64,000 nucleotides of DNA. Origin: Hydrolagus affinis (taxonomy: Eukaryota). Within the stretch, counting starts at the first letter, position 1; each line of letters starts with the position of its first letter. Position numbers and translations under genes: made by a program. The stretch spans positions 1 to 64,000 of the forward strand of contig JAAILG010000804.1 of NCBI GenBank assembly GCA_012026655.1. The letters run 5' to 3'. Of the stretch, positions 1-12,300 are shown piece after piece. The notes under the pieces are model-generated. The model saw nothing but the letters and a program-made list of their open reading frames with translations. It ran no database searches and was not told the origin of the DNA.

Positions 1-157
1 TTCACTACAAAAATTCCACCAGCCAAGGGACTGGAGGCTGGAATAATTTGTTTTATTCAGAGATGAGTAAAATAGACGAGTGCTGTGGATGAGGTAAATG
101 AGTGTTATGGATGTAATATGCTTGTGTAAAATTCTCTTGTTTTTGCTATGTTCACAG

Positions 158-355
158 TTTGCTTACGGAGTTCCAGATTTAGCCCTGAAAGACATAGCTT
201 GCAGCCAGATGCTTTTGGATCGTTTCATCATTTTCTCGAATTGGCGAGGTCTGCACACTGTTCTGAATGGAATGTGTGTTCTGTCTCAACAACGGCTTCA
301 GAGAGTAGAGGACAAGTTTTACGACAATGTGGATTTCTTCAAACTTTTCAATATG
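158..355 (+). CDS. ABCA4: ABCA4 exon 6 (198 nt)
   Basis: cacag|TTT..ATG|gtagg; [24 protein letters not shown]. Confidence 0.93.
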
Positions 356-3300
356 GTAGGTCCCATCGCAAAGATCTTTATCCATTTATTATCTCCAAGA
401 GATTTGCCAAGTGATGGTTTGATTAAATGCTTGTGCACACCATTGGTACTGATGACTGCAATTCTTGTCAAGAGTTAGCAAGCACTATGAGTAGCAATGT
501 AATTGGACACTATTCTGCTCTCCCAGTTGGCATTATCTGAACTCTAGGCTGAAGATACTGCATTTGACGCAAGTAATGTTGGTTAGTTTACAATGTACAT
601 GCTATAAGAATGTTTATTTTTTTTAAAAAAAGCTTATGAAAGTCTGCTCCTTGCACAGACAAAGCCTACCCTATTGTGGACTTTAAAGCACTCTGATCTG
701 TTGTCCTACCTGAAGGGCTCAAGTTGTTATTGTGCAATTCCAACTACTAAAGGACAGTTCTGCTCAGAAGTACTCCACAAACCCCAAAGGTAGCCAAGCA
801 AAACTACAGAATACTCTCCCATTCCCGCATGTCCACTATTCAACTCTGGTGTAAAGATAGGTGTAAAGATCCAATGGTGCTTTGCATCCTCTACACTCAC
901 ACAAGTTACCAGGCATCACATGTTAACATTATTAACAGTAATGTGGCAACAAAACGTAGTGTAGGTGGCATTACTGCCGTAGTTACACCACTCACACTGT
1001 ACTGTGTAAATGGGACAACTCCACTAAAATGAAAGGAATTTTGAGAATCATTGCTTGGGTTCAAGTCATCAAACATAGGTTTCAAAAAGCTGTCACGGCA
1101 TTAGTAATGCCATCTACCGTGTGCGTACACAAGCTACAGTGTTGGGATTTGAAACGTGAAATCGGTAGGAGCGAGTCCCAAATTGCTACAATATGAGGTG
1201 TTATCATTACAGCAACTCTCCCTGACACTGTTTCATTCTAGTCTCAGAGTTTCTGCAGATCGGTAAAAGGTACATTTGGTTACAGTTGGGAGATGGATGT
1301 GTCCCAAATACGCCTCTGCGGTTCAGCACTTAGTCCACGCAGACCAGAAAGTGGGCAAACCGGGATCTTGGTCATTGTTAAGCTAGTTAATCACAGATGG
1401 GCAACAGTTGAGGATGTTACAATGACATCAGTGCTCCTGAACTAGAGAAGGCCAAATCAATCAAAGTTCTTGCTCACCATCCACAGACCCTTCCAACAAA
1501 GTATTTGTTTGTAGAGATTTGAGTAAGAACTTGTTCACATGCAATGTCCCCACCCTGACTGCAACCAAATAGATTGCCAGCACCCACTGTGAAAGCTCAC
1601 ACATGAATCATTGGCATCCTTGGAACTTTACTCTACTCTGGTGGAAAGTTGGAGCATGGGGGTGGGAGGGACAAAAGAAACTCAAAATCGCTTCACGAAA
1701 GGAGAGAGAAAAAATTGGCGTCAAAAGGGAACAAGGTCTGATTAGAAAGGGCCAGCAATCCAAATTATGGACAGACGGCAATAGGAGAAAGGATGTCACA
1801 AGAGACTTGCACAATGTGCTTTCATGACTGGACCTGTGTTTGAATCCGGACCAGACCGATGGAATGAAAGGCTCCTCTCTCTCTCACTGGCTGAAAAGGA
1901 CCCATTTGAAGTTAGTTTGGCCAATCTCAATGTACATTCTGCTGGCTGCAAGTCTGCAAAACTGTGCAGAATTCAGCACGAAATTAGAAATTCCATTCAG
2001 ACGGCCCTTCACGGTCTAATTGAAAACAATGGTCAAATTAAAGGGAGAAGCAGCAGCAATATAATTATACAGAGAGAGATGGTGGCAGCAATCAAATGGA
2101 AAAGAGATAGTAATGATCTACTTGAAAGGGCTAGCAGCAATCAAATTAAAGAGAGAGTGAGAGATTTGGACCACTCATCGAATTATAGCGCGAGAGAGAG
2201 AAAGACAGAGAGTGAGATACAGAGACGTGTATTAAATTAGAGAGAGAGAGATAGAGTGAGAGAGAGATGGGGCCAGTGAAGAAATTAAAAAGAGAATGAT
2301 AGAACCAGTAACCAAACTAGAGAGAAGGAAGTTGAAGCCAGTGATTAAATGATAGAGAGTGAGAGCTAGAGCAAGTGATTGAATTAGAAAGTGAACCAAG
2401 GCCAGTGATCAAATAAGAGAGACAGACAGTGAAGTGATGAAATTGAAGGGAAGGAAGTCTGAACCAGTGTTCGAATTAAAGAGAAGTGAGAAACGAGGCC
2501 AGTGGTGAAATCAAAGAGCAGGACAGCAGCAATGATCACATTAAGGAGCAAAGCAGATCGAATGGCAATGATCTTCTTAGAAAGAGAGTTGATCGAGATC
2601 AAACTACAGTGAGGACAGAGGTCATGATCGAATTAATAAGAGAAAAGGAGATAGTGATTTACTGATAGAGATGACAGCATGTACCAGGCACTTTCCAGTA
2701 GTGTAATAGGTCATGGCTGAGATCAATAATAATAACAACTAACATTTATTTTGCGTTCTTCTCACGGGGTAGCGTCCAGGAGCGCTGGAGTTTTTGATAG
2801 AAACCAATGTTGTACAGTTTATCATCAGGTGAAGCAGCAGCTTAAGCTCCAAAACATAGTGTCATCCAACAACTATCTAATTAAAGTGAGAGACCGAGAG
2901 GATTACTATAAATCAAAGGGCAGGACGATATATCACATCTGAAGTTATTGTTCTACTCTTGCCCTCGCTGGCTGCGTGGTATTAAAACATTATTAAAATA
3001 ATAATAAATTGGTCATTTCAATCCACGACTGTTTGTGGGTCACTGCTGTGCACAATTGGCTGTCTCGTTTTGCCCACAAATATACAGTTGATTCACTTTA
3101 ATTGACTTATTCACATAGTATATTCTATGAAGCACTTTAAGACGTCTGGAAGACATAAAAAGCGCTGTATCAATTGCAAGAATTATTATTATATCGCATT
3201 TTAGTGTCTAGTTTCAAATGCATAGAAGCAGAGTAAATGTCCAACAAATAAAAGTTCTTCTTCTGAAGAAGACAAAGTAAAATTCTAAGGATTTAATTAG

Positions 3301-6300
3301 TGTAGGGCAAATGGAATCACTTTCAATATGCAAGTCAATTTGTACATTACATCGTTTTAGCTTCCAAAAGTGCTGGACAGTAGATCATCTGGAATAGACT
3401 TACATTTTTGGATGGAAATTCTGAACAAGGCATCGCCAGTATTACAAGAGGTATGGAAATTAAAACTGACATTAATTTGCTTTTGTTTTGTTCAGTATGC
3501 TGTGAGATTGCTCTCCTGCAACACCATATTGTTTCCAAATGTTTCAGATAAAATCAGACTGTCCTTTAAATTCTGTTCAGTCGTTAGATATTAAGGGTTC
3601 AGGTGACCATGTCATTTTCTGTGTGTGAGTTTTAAATGCATGTGTGCAAAGTTCTGTAATTCGCCACCCATCCTCCCACCCATCCCAAGCACTGCCTGTG
3701 TAAAGGAATTCACCCAAATCATTGTTGTAGCCTCTCTGAATCAGGTTTAGATCTGAGCTCAATTCTGGTTAGTCCTGTGCTATGCACTCCGCAGAATAGA
3801 AATGGGCTAAAACTTTCCAGTTAGGTTTCACTTTACAGTTGTGTGAGAGAGAGAGAGAGAGAGAGGAAATCTTCATTGCCGAGTTCTGAATTAACATTAG
3901 AATGTATGGCAAACATTTTCATATCTATATATGCTGTATATGCATGTATTTTTAACAGTAATTCACTTCATCGCTGTTTGTAGAATATCACCTGCAAGCT
4001 GGCTGTTGTGTTCACCTGCAAATTCAGTCAGTAACTTGACAGATAACCCTTTGAGATGTTTCGATATGATGCGGGCACTGTTACGAAATGCGAGGATTAT
4101 TATTTTGTCATTAAAATATTTATGAATGACTCTCATCTACAGTTTATCAATACGGAGAGTGTTCAGGATCTGATCTCAGTGCTTTACCCACTCTTTCGGG
4201 TTGGTGACCCAAGTACACTCAGTCAACTAACAGACTTAATATCAAATCTAATCTGTGGTTACCCTGAAGGAGGGGGTTCCAGAGTCTTTTCTTTCAACTG
4301 GTACGAAGACAACAACTACAAGGCTTTCCTGGGAATCAATGACACTAAGAAACAGTCAGAGTATACATATGATTACACAACCAGTAAGTGTGTTTCCTTT
4401 TTCCAGCAAATATTTACTTGCGCTCTAGTTGCTGCTAGTAATTAGCGATAGGCGTTTGTGCACAGTTGAAGTTTCAAGGTCCAAAATTTGGAGCGTTTTA
4501 ATTTCTAAGATAGATCTCCTGAAATAGTGGAGCTCCTGTAGCTCAGTGGTTAGAGCACTCGCCTTACAAGCGTGAGACCTGTGTTCAAATCCGGGCAGGT
4601 CAGGGTAAAACCCTGGGCAAGTTTCCTAATAATATTAGGCGTATTATCCACACGCTTAATAATAATCCCTCCAAAAAAAATGCTGAGATCTTCAACTGGA
4701 TGTTCAGAAAAGGTCAACTTTATTGAAACCCAGTGTTAGACTCTGAATGCTAATGTTTTTGTATCACTTCTTGTAGCTCCTTTCTGCAATGCAATTAGTC
4801 AAACTATGGAGTCCAATCCTGCAACCAAGATTGTCTGGAACATGTTGAAACCCCTGCTAATGGGAAAGGTTCTGTTTGCCCCCGATTCCCCTGCAGTGCA
4901 GCAACTGATGAAGAAAGTAAGAACAGGTTCCTTTTGTCTGTGTTTGAAAGATTAGCAGTTTTAGAAATGATCGCCCACAACCTCGTCTACGTCACGTTCT
5001 CACATGTGTGCTTCTTGCTGAACAAAAATAACTTGTTTCTCTGAAGGATCCGCGGGAGCAACAGTTGTGCAATCCACACCGTTTGTTGTGAGAAAGTTCA
5101 TTGCACTGCTTTCAACAGGACAGTCAAAGCAACATTTTAAAATATGTTTTGTGGTTGCATAACAAGCTTTAGATAAAGTAGCAAGTGTATCAGTACCAAT
5201 AGACAGACAGAAGCCTACATTGCACCAAGAAATTGAGGACAAAGAAGACAATTGAAAGATCAGGTCTTACTCCTTAATCATTGCTTCAGCTGCCATTTTT
5301 CTTTTAAAAAAAGCAATAAGCAAACTAGGCAAATCACAAATCAAAATTGGTCAAAGTTGCAGATAAAAATACCAAGCGTAGAATAGCGAGAATGTGTTGA
5401 TGACAGTGACACACAGTACTTTTATTTGCAAAAGCTTTCATTCAACCATTTCAATGATTTGTGGCACAATGGAGTTGAATGCGGTGCCTAAAAACATATT
5501 GTATCGGATGCGGGTCTGTGGAGCGTGAAATTGGCCAGTGGTGATGGACTCTGTGCTGTCATTGATAACACACTGAGCAAGCTTCATACACTGCCACATG
5601 CTTACAGCATCTCACGAGAGTGTTGTTAATCAGGACTGACTGACTGACTGCCCTGAATCATATTTTAAAAATGCAGCAGTGGGTCAGTCCCAAATCTGTG
5701 TCTTTACAACCAGAATCAAAACAAAGGCACCACATGGAAAATCAGGCACCAGTTTCACTACATATCGAAAGACGAGTTTCTCATTTTGACCATTGTTTGA
5801 TCCGTTTTGATTTATTTTGTGGAATCAATTTCAAGTGGAATTAATTCACACAACGAAACACAGGTGTAATTCTGTGCTGTTTGACTAAAGTAAAGGGAGG
5901 TAGCACGTGCCACAGTGACCAGTCAGTTATCCAGTTGGAGGATTTATCCTCCCGTTCGTTCCAGATACCTGGTGATGAATTGGTTAACATGGCATCACAG
6001 CAATGTTGGCTCACAGGATTTTCTTCATAGGCAAATGGCACCTTTGAGGAGCTACACAAACTGAAGCACATCGGAAAGATCTGGCAGGAAATCAGGCCTC
6101 AACTCTGGAAGTTCTTCCAAGATGGTGTACAAATGAACATGATTCGAGTAAGTGACCATACCAAGAGAGGAACAACAGTGTTGGTTCAGCAGTTACAGAT
6201 AACAACAACAACCAAATTACATTTATACAGCGCCTTTCACGTCAGGAGGACGTTCCAAGGCGCTGAGCAGTCAGGGGTCGGGTCCCGAGCACGGGGGAGG

Positions 6301-9300
6301 GGCAGGGTAGGGGGGAGGGGAGGCAGAGAGGTGGGAAGGTGGCAGAAGGACGATCGAAAAGGAGGATCTTGAGACCGGCCTTGAAGGAGGCAAGAGGGGA
6401 AGTGAGGTAAAGGGACTGTGGAATAGAGTTCCAAAGTGTGGGGGCAGAGAGGCTGAAAGCCAGACCACTGGTGGTAAGGCGGGTCGGGCGGGAGATATGG
6501 ATCAGACTGAAGCCCGCTGAACGGAGTGGACGAGCAGGTTGGTAGGTAGACAACATTCAGTTGTGCCTTATTTTAGTCCCTTATGACATTGTCCCTTATT
6601 TGTTAAATTAAATAATTAAGTTGCTGAAATAGACAAAAATGTCTGGATATTTATATTCATTCCTTCAGTGTTTCATCTCTGTAGTTGTTTGATTGCTTGT
6701 TAGTCTTTGTTCATTGCACATCATCATTTTTTAAATGACATTTTCTGTATAATTGCTGGGTAAGAATGGGTCAGGTATGATATTGTGTGATATTTCTGAT
6801 GGATCAAATGGGTTTGATGGGATGGACCAATATTATTGACAGTTGGCAGAAATCGCTGGGAACAACCAGCAGGTCAGGCAGCATCTATGGAGCAAGGAAA
6901 AGTGAGTCAACGTTTTGGGTCCACGACCCTTCGTCAGAATAGTTTTAGTTTTTGTTTCAGATTGTCAGCATCTGCAGTACTGTACTTTGCGTTTTATTGA
7001 CAGTTGGTATTGGAGTGACAGACTATTTTTGACAAATGCATTTCTCAATTCAATAATTCTGTATTCTTTCTTACAGGACTCATTAAAAAACCCCACTGTG
7101 GCATTTTACCTCAACCTTCAGCTGGAGGATATGGCATTGACCACCAGCGACATCATTAACTTCTTGTTCAATGGTCCCTCAGCTAAACGACCAGAAGAAG
7201 AGCCAAATTTCGACTGGCGAAATGTGTTTAATATGACAGACCAGATTGTAACTCTGTTTAATAATTACATGGAGGTAAGAACTTTCAATGACAACAGAGT
7301 TATGTTCCAAGCGTGAGTTTATTTTATGTTTTGTAGAGTCCTCTTGGTCCTACTCATAGTCCAAACAGGTTGTGCGACTAAAGGACTGGCATAGGATTTA
7401 AGATGTGCATAAATATTCAATACCTTTTACCTCAATAGGATTAGCATTAAATAACTATGCTTTGGTTAATACGAGATGAAGTATAGTCAGACTTTCAACA
7501 TACTCTGAATTGAAAGCAGTTTGGGATACAGTATTTTGTTGAAATGCATCTGTTAACAATATAACAAGGTGAAAATTGTGACTTAGTATGTGATATTTAC
7601 CACTGATGATATTTATCAATTCCCCCCATAGCAATGAACCACAGCCTCAAATTATAAAAGAATATAGATGGGCTCTCCCTAGAAACTAATAATGGGCCTT
7701 AACATTAGTCCTGGGTTAACATTTATCAACATTTTACAACTAATTCTGGGCCTTGGAACAATCCTGTTCTAGGCTTTCTCCCTGGCAACTACCTTTTGCG
7801 TTCTACTGAGCACCCAATCAGTAGATAACAAGCAGAGCAACAGTTAAGGCATTTTGACACTATCGCAGCAATTTTGACATGAGAGAATAAAAGCATTAGC
7901 AGGTCTTTGAAGTAAAGCGATTCAGGTTTATTGTCTCCTAATAGCTCACTGACAAGATAAGATTAAAGTGGTTAGCTAACCCGCAATTTATAATGTTTGG
8001 CAAGTAAACCAAATGGCATCCATGTTATTCTGTGCTTTCATACAGATCTTGGCACCGTGATGCATTTGTTTCTCTGCAGTTAAACGTTTGGAAACTGACA
8101 CTGGAGGAACCTGTTCATTTGATAGTTTTCATTTGAAAGTCTAGTAAATAGGTGACTGGTCCAAATGGCGCAGAAAGTTTCGCTCCTTGTTAAGGGTGAT
8201 GTTTAAACCCGAACAATTCCAAGAGGTTTTAAGTGAGATTTTATTCTGCCTTGCTGTTTTTTTCAATTGTTTACTTGGCAGTAATCTAGTTTTACAAGCT
8301 AATGGCGACGTGTGTCTTTATGCCTACGTCCAGTGTCTGTTGTCTATTATTGGTATCTAAGGGATCCCATAAAGTTTATACCACTGCTTTATATTTTAAG
8401 CAAAGCTAGTACGTATTTCCTTTGAAACACAAGAAATTTTTTAGGAGTTATACTGACAACACAAATGAAAATGTTACTTTCTAACTTTGCTACTTACTAA
8501 TCTGCTCCTCTGAAGCCATAACCTTTGATTACTTGGCAGTGTTTGACTCTGGATAAATTTGAAGGTCTCGCAAACGAGGACCAGTTAACCCATCGGGCAC
8601 TTTATCTGCTGGAGGAAAACAAGTTTTGGGCTGGAATTGTGTTCGTGGATATGTATCCCTGGACAAACAAGCTACCGGCACATGTGAAGTATAAGATTCG
8701 AATGGATATTGACGCTGTTGAGCGAACAAATAAAATAAAAGACAGGTTGGTCTTACAAGTGGGAAGTATTAACAAAGACGTGGCCTTTGTGGAGCTCCTG
8801 TAGTTCAGTGGTTAGAGCACTCTCCTTAAAAGCGTGAGACCTGTGTTCAAATCCAGGCAGATCAGGATGAAACCTTGGGGAAGTTTCCTTACTCCATACG
8901 CCTAATAATGATCCATCCAAAAAAACATATACAATAATAAAAATTGGTCATTTCAATCCACGACTGTTTGTGGGACACCGCTGTGTGTAATTTGCTGCCG
9001 CATTTCGCCCGCAAATATAACATATACAGTAATTCATTTAACAGAATATTCTGTGAAGGGCTTTGAGATCTTTAGAAGACGTGAAAAGCCCTATATCGAA
9101 TGCAAGGATCATTATTATTAGTATTAGTATTATTCCTCCCAATGCATTAGCCTTAGTACTAGATGTGAAGGTCATGCAGAAACTGAGCCTCTTGCGAGGC
9201 TGCAGCATGTTGAATTATGTTGGTGGAGCGATAGCATGTGCAAACCTGGCTCTGTAGCTGAATTGGAGTTGGGATGGAGTGATGCATGTACAGTAACGTT

Positions 9301-12300
9301 CTGGTAGGAGAGGCCAAGTATTTGCCCCCAGTGTCCCACACTGGAATTTTCTTTGTCAGTTTGACCTGAGCAATCCTTCTACGTGATTTCAAAACAGTCT
9401 ATCTGACGAGCTGAGAAGTGTTAATCATGACTATGCAAATTGGATACAGTACATAGTTCACAAAGTCAGCGCATTTTCTTCCGGAATTGTAACTTTTATG
9501 TACGCCCTGCTGACCGCTTTCTGGCAATACTGTAACGCAAATTTTTACATACGAGGAAGTTAGACAGACATTCTGCTCGTGCTCTCGTTAAGCTTTTGTG
9601 CAGAGGATATTTGTTCCCCTTAGTAACCTTCGTTTTGTGGTTGCTTTTGTCCCCATGTCCTATTCTGACCCATGATTAATATGCAGTACAAGTTACTCTG
9701 ATGGAAGGAAACGTTCAACGATTTAATGTTCTCTCGTAATGAAATGCGTTACTTCCTCACCCCTGACCTGCACTCGCCAACCAAATGACTTTTTACCCAG
9801 TTTACATTGCCAAGTCCCCGCAGGAATGAATACAGCACAAAATACTCTGGCATAAATCGCACTGACACAGTACAATCTCAGCTCTTTAGGACACGAAAGA
9901 ATTCACCCACCCTTTCCCGGATGAACTCAAACTGTTAGTCAAGAGACACCGTAATGTGATACTGCTGCACATCCTCAGCCAATAATCAGGAATTTGGGGA
10001 GTGCACAAGGTTTGAACCAGAGCTCGCTGGTGACTCTTTCTGTAGGCGCACTATCTGGTCTGATACTGAGCAAAAATGCTCACACAGTTGGCATCATTGC
10101 TCCCTGGGATACTGTCTGTGGATAGGATCACCATTAGAATGTGATGCCCCAAAATGTATTGACACTCACAGTCTGTTCTGTGATAGCAAAAGGATTGCAA
10201 AGTTTATATCCCAACTATCCATAAATGCTGCATAAACCTGTCAACTCCCAACTTTTCGATTGAAGTGTGTCGGGAAGACAAGTGTCTCAGTATGCATAAT
10301 AATAATCCTGGCATTTAAGATCGCGCCTTATTACATCTTCGAGACGTCTCGAAACACTTCACGGGAATACACTATAAAATGAATTGACCGTATATTTGTT
10401 GGGAGAAATGCATGACCTAAAACAATAGCATTGTGCATCTTCAACAGGTTCCCTTCGTTCTGCTTCTCTTACAGATATTGGGACCCAGGTCCAAGAGCTG
10501 ACCCCTTCGAGGACTTGCGCTACATCTGGGGAGGGTTTGCGTATCTGCAAGATATGATTGATCGCGGCATTATCAGGACTCAAACCAACGTTGACGTGCC
10601 ATCAGGAATCTACGTCCAGCAGATGCCGTATCCATGCTTTGTTGATGATCTGTAAGTTCTGAGACACTAACCCGTGGGGAGGGCACTATATAAATGCAAG
10701 TTGTTGTTGTGAGTCAATTCATATTAATAATATAATACAATATATATATATTATTTTAAATTATTTTGAACCCCCAAAATATGTTGATTTCCAATCTTTT
10801 GCTTCATAAACAGTAATTCACGCTGCGTTGTAACTAATCAGAGGTTTTACGGAAACCTATACGGGATCTGGTACACCAAAACATGCTTAAAGCTTGACTC
10901 TTAGGGTCACCCTGGTACTCACAAACGGGTGTGGGAGACTAATTGACAGAATGATATCAATCACCTTTCACATATCCAAATAATTTATATGTGTTACTTA
11001 GGTAATCCCTGAATTTAAGACGGTATCTTAAACTTCATTATCATCCGTGAAGTTTTAGGTTACCTGTTAAATGCTCTTCATTCCATTGTCATCTTAACAT
11101 TTGGAACATACTTTTCTTCCCCCATTTCTGCGTTGTCTTCTGCGACTTGCCCCCCCCACCAACCCCTTTTACCCCCTCCCTATGTTCTTGCTGATTCCCA
11201 CCCCAGCTTCATGCTGACCCTAACCCGCTGCTTCCCCATTTTCATGGTACTGGCCTGGATCTACTCTGTCTCCATGACTGTGAAGAGCATTGTGCTTGAG
11301 AAGGAGTTGAGGCTGAAAGAGACTATGAAAACCATGGGAGTCACTAACTCGGAGCTTTGGGCCACATGCTTCATCGACAACTTCATCGTAATGTCAATCA
11401 GCACCCTGATGTTAACTGTGGTTATTATGGTAAGATTTCCAGTATAACGTGTTGGAGTCCTGCAGCTCAGTGGTTAGAGCACTCGCCTTACAAGCTTGAG
11501 ACCTGTGTTCGAATCTAGGCAGGTCAGGACGAAACCTTGGGCAAGTTTCCTTACTCCACACGCCTATAATAATCCCTAAAAAAAAACCTACAATAATTTT
11601 TAAAAATTGGTCATTTCAATCCACAACTGTTTGTGGGACACTGCTGTGTGCAATTGGCTGCCATGTTTCGCCCATAAATATGGAGTCAATACAGTATATT
11701 CTGTGAAGCATCTAGAAGATGTGAAAAGCGCTATATCAAATGCAAGGAAATTATTATTATTATTAATACGTTTCAAGTATTTCCCTTGCGCGATCATCTC
11801 ATATCCTCTTTGAGGTATTTTCCTGGTGCTATGATTACAGCTGGCGCATGGTGTTAGCGCCAATTGGCTGAATTCTTACATCGCAAATGTTCAATGTCCG
11901 TTCTCTTATTTCCATTCTTGAGTCCGATTAAAAAAAAATTCTGTGGCTATAAATAATGCTATGGTACTTCCACAACATGGACAGCACCAACCAGACAGGG
12001 ACATCCAACCATCCTGGATTAACTATTATGCTGTGGGAGATTTGACTTGTAGATGGATTTCATTTGTGTAAGTCTTACCTAGGTGATTTTTGCATGTACA
12101 AATACACAGTTATTCCTCTTCAAGGCCAAAACTCTGTGAAGCACTTTGAGATACTTCGATGACATGATAAGGCACTAAATCAAATGCAAGCTTTATATGT
12201 TATTTTCTGAGTGTTGTAAGATCAAGGCAACCTTACCGTCATTTGATCTTGTGAAATGCTCATTATGGCATCGGGAATGCCTTTCAAATGGCATTAAAGG

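Noticed and set aside
1824-2240. 138-aa + strand ORF in ABCA4 intron 6
   Set aside because: Runs into the purine-rich array, has no homology signal, and exons 6 and 7 already join in phase at human lengths
2025-2670. Repeat-spacer-like periodicity suggesting CRISPR
   Set aside because: Vertebrate intron, highly degenerate units, low-complexity linkers, no cas genes
10652-10710. Repeat tails starting within 10-40 nt of several splice donors (exons 13, 23, 30, 35, 48)
   Set aside because: With short introns and this repeat density, proximity is expected by chance; no evidence the repeats supply the donors
11454-11525. tRNA-like sequences with A and B boxes (many copies)
   Set aside because: They are SINE heads: no acceptor-stem closure, and each continues into the SINE body
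11607-11813. Recurrent short ORFs such as [12 protein letters not shown] / [13 protein letters not shown]
   Set aside because: Translations of SINE copies in different frames, not a gene family
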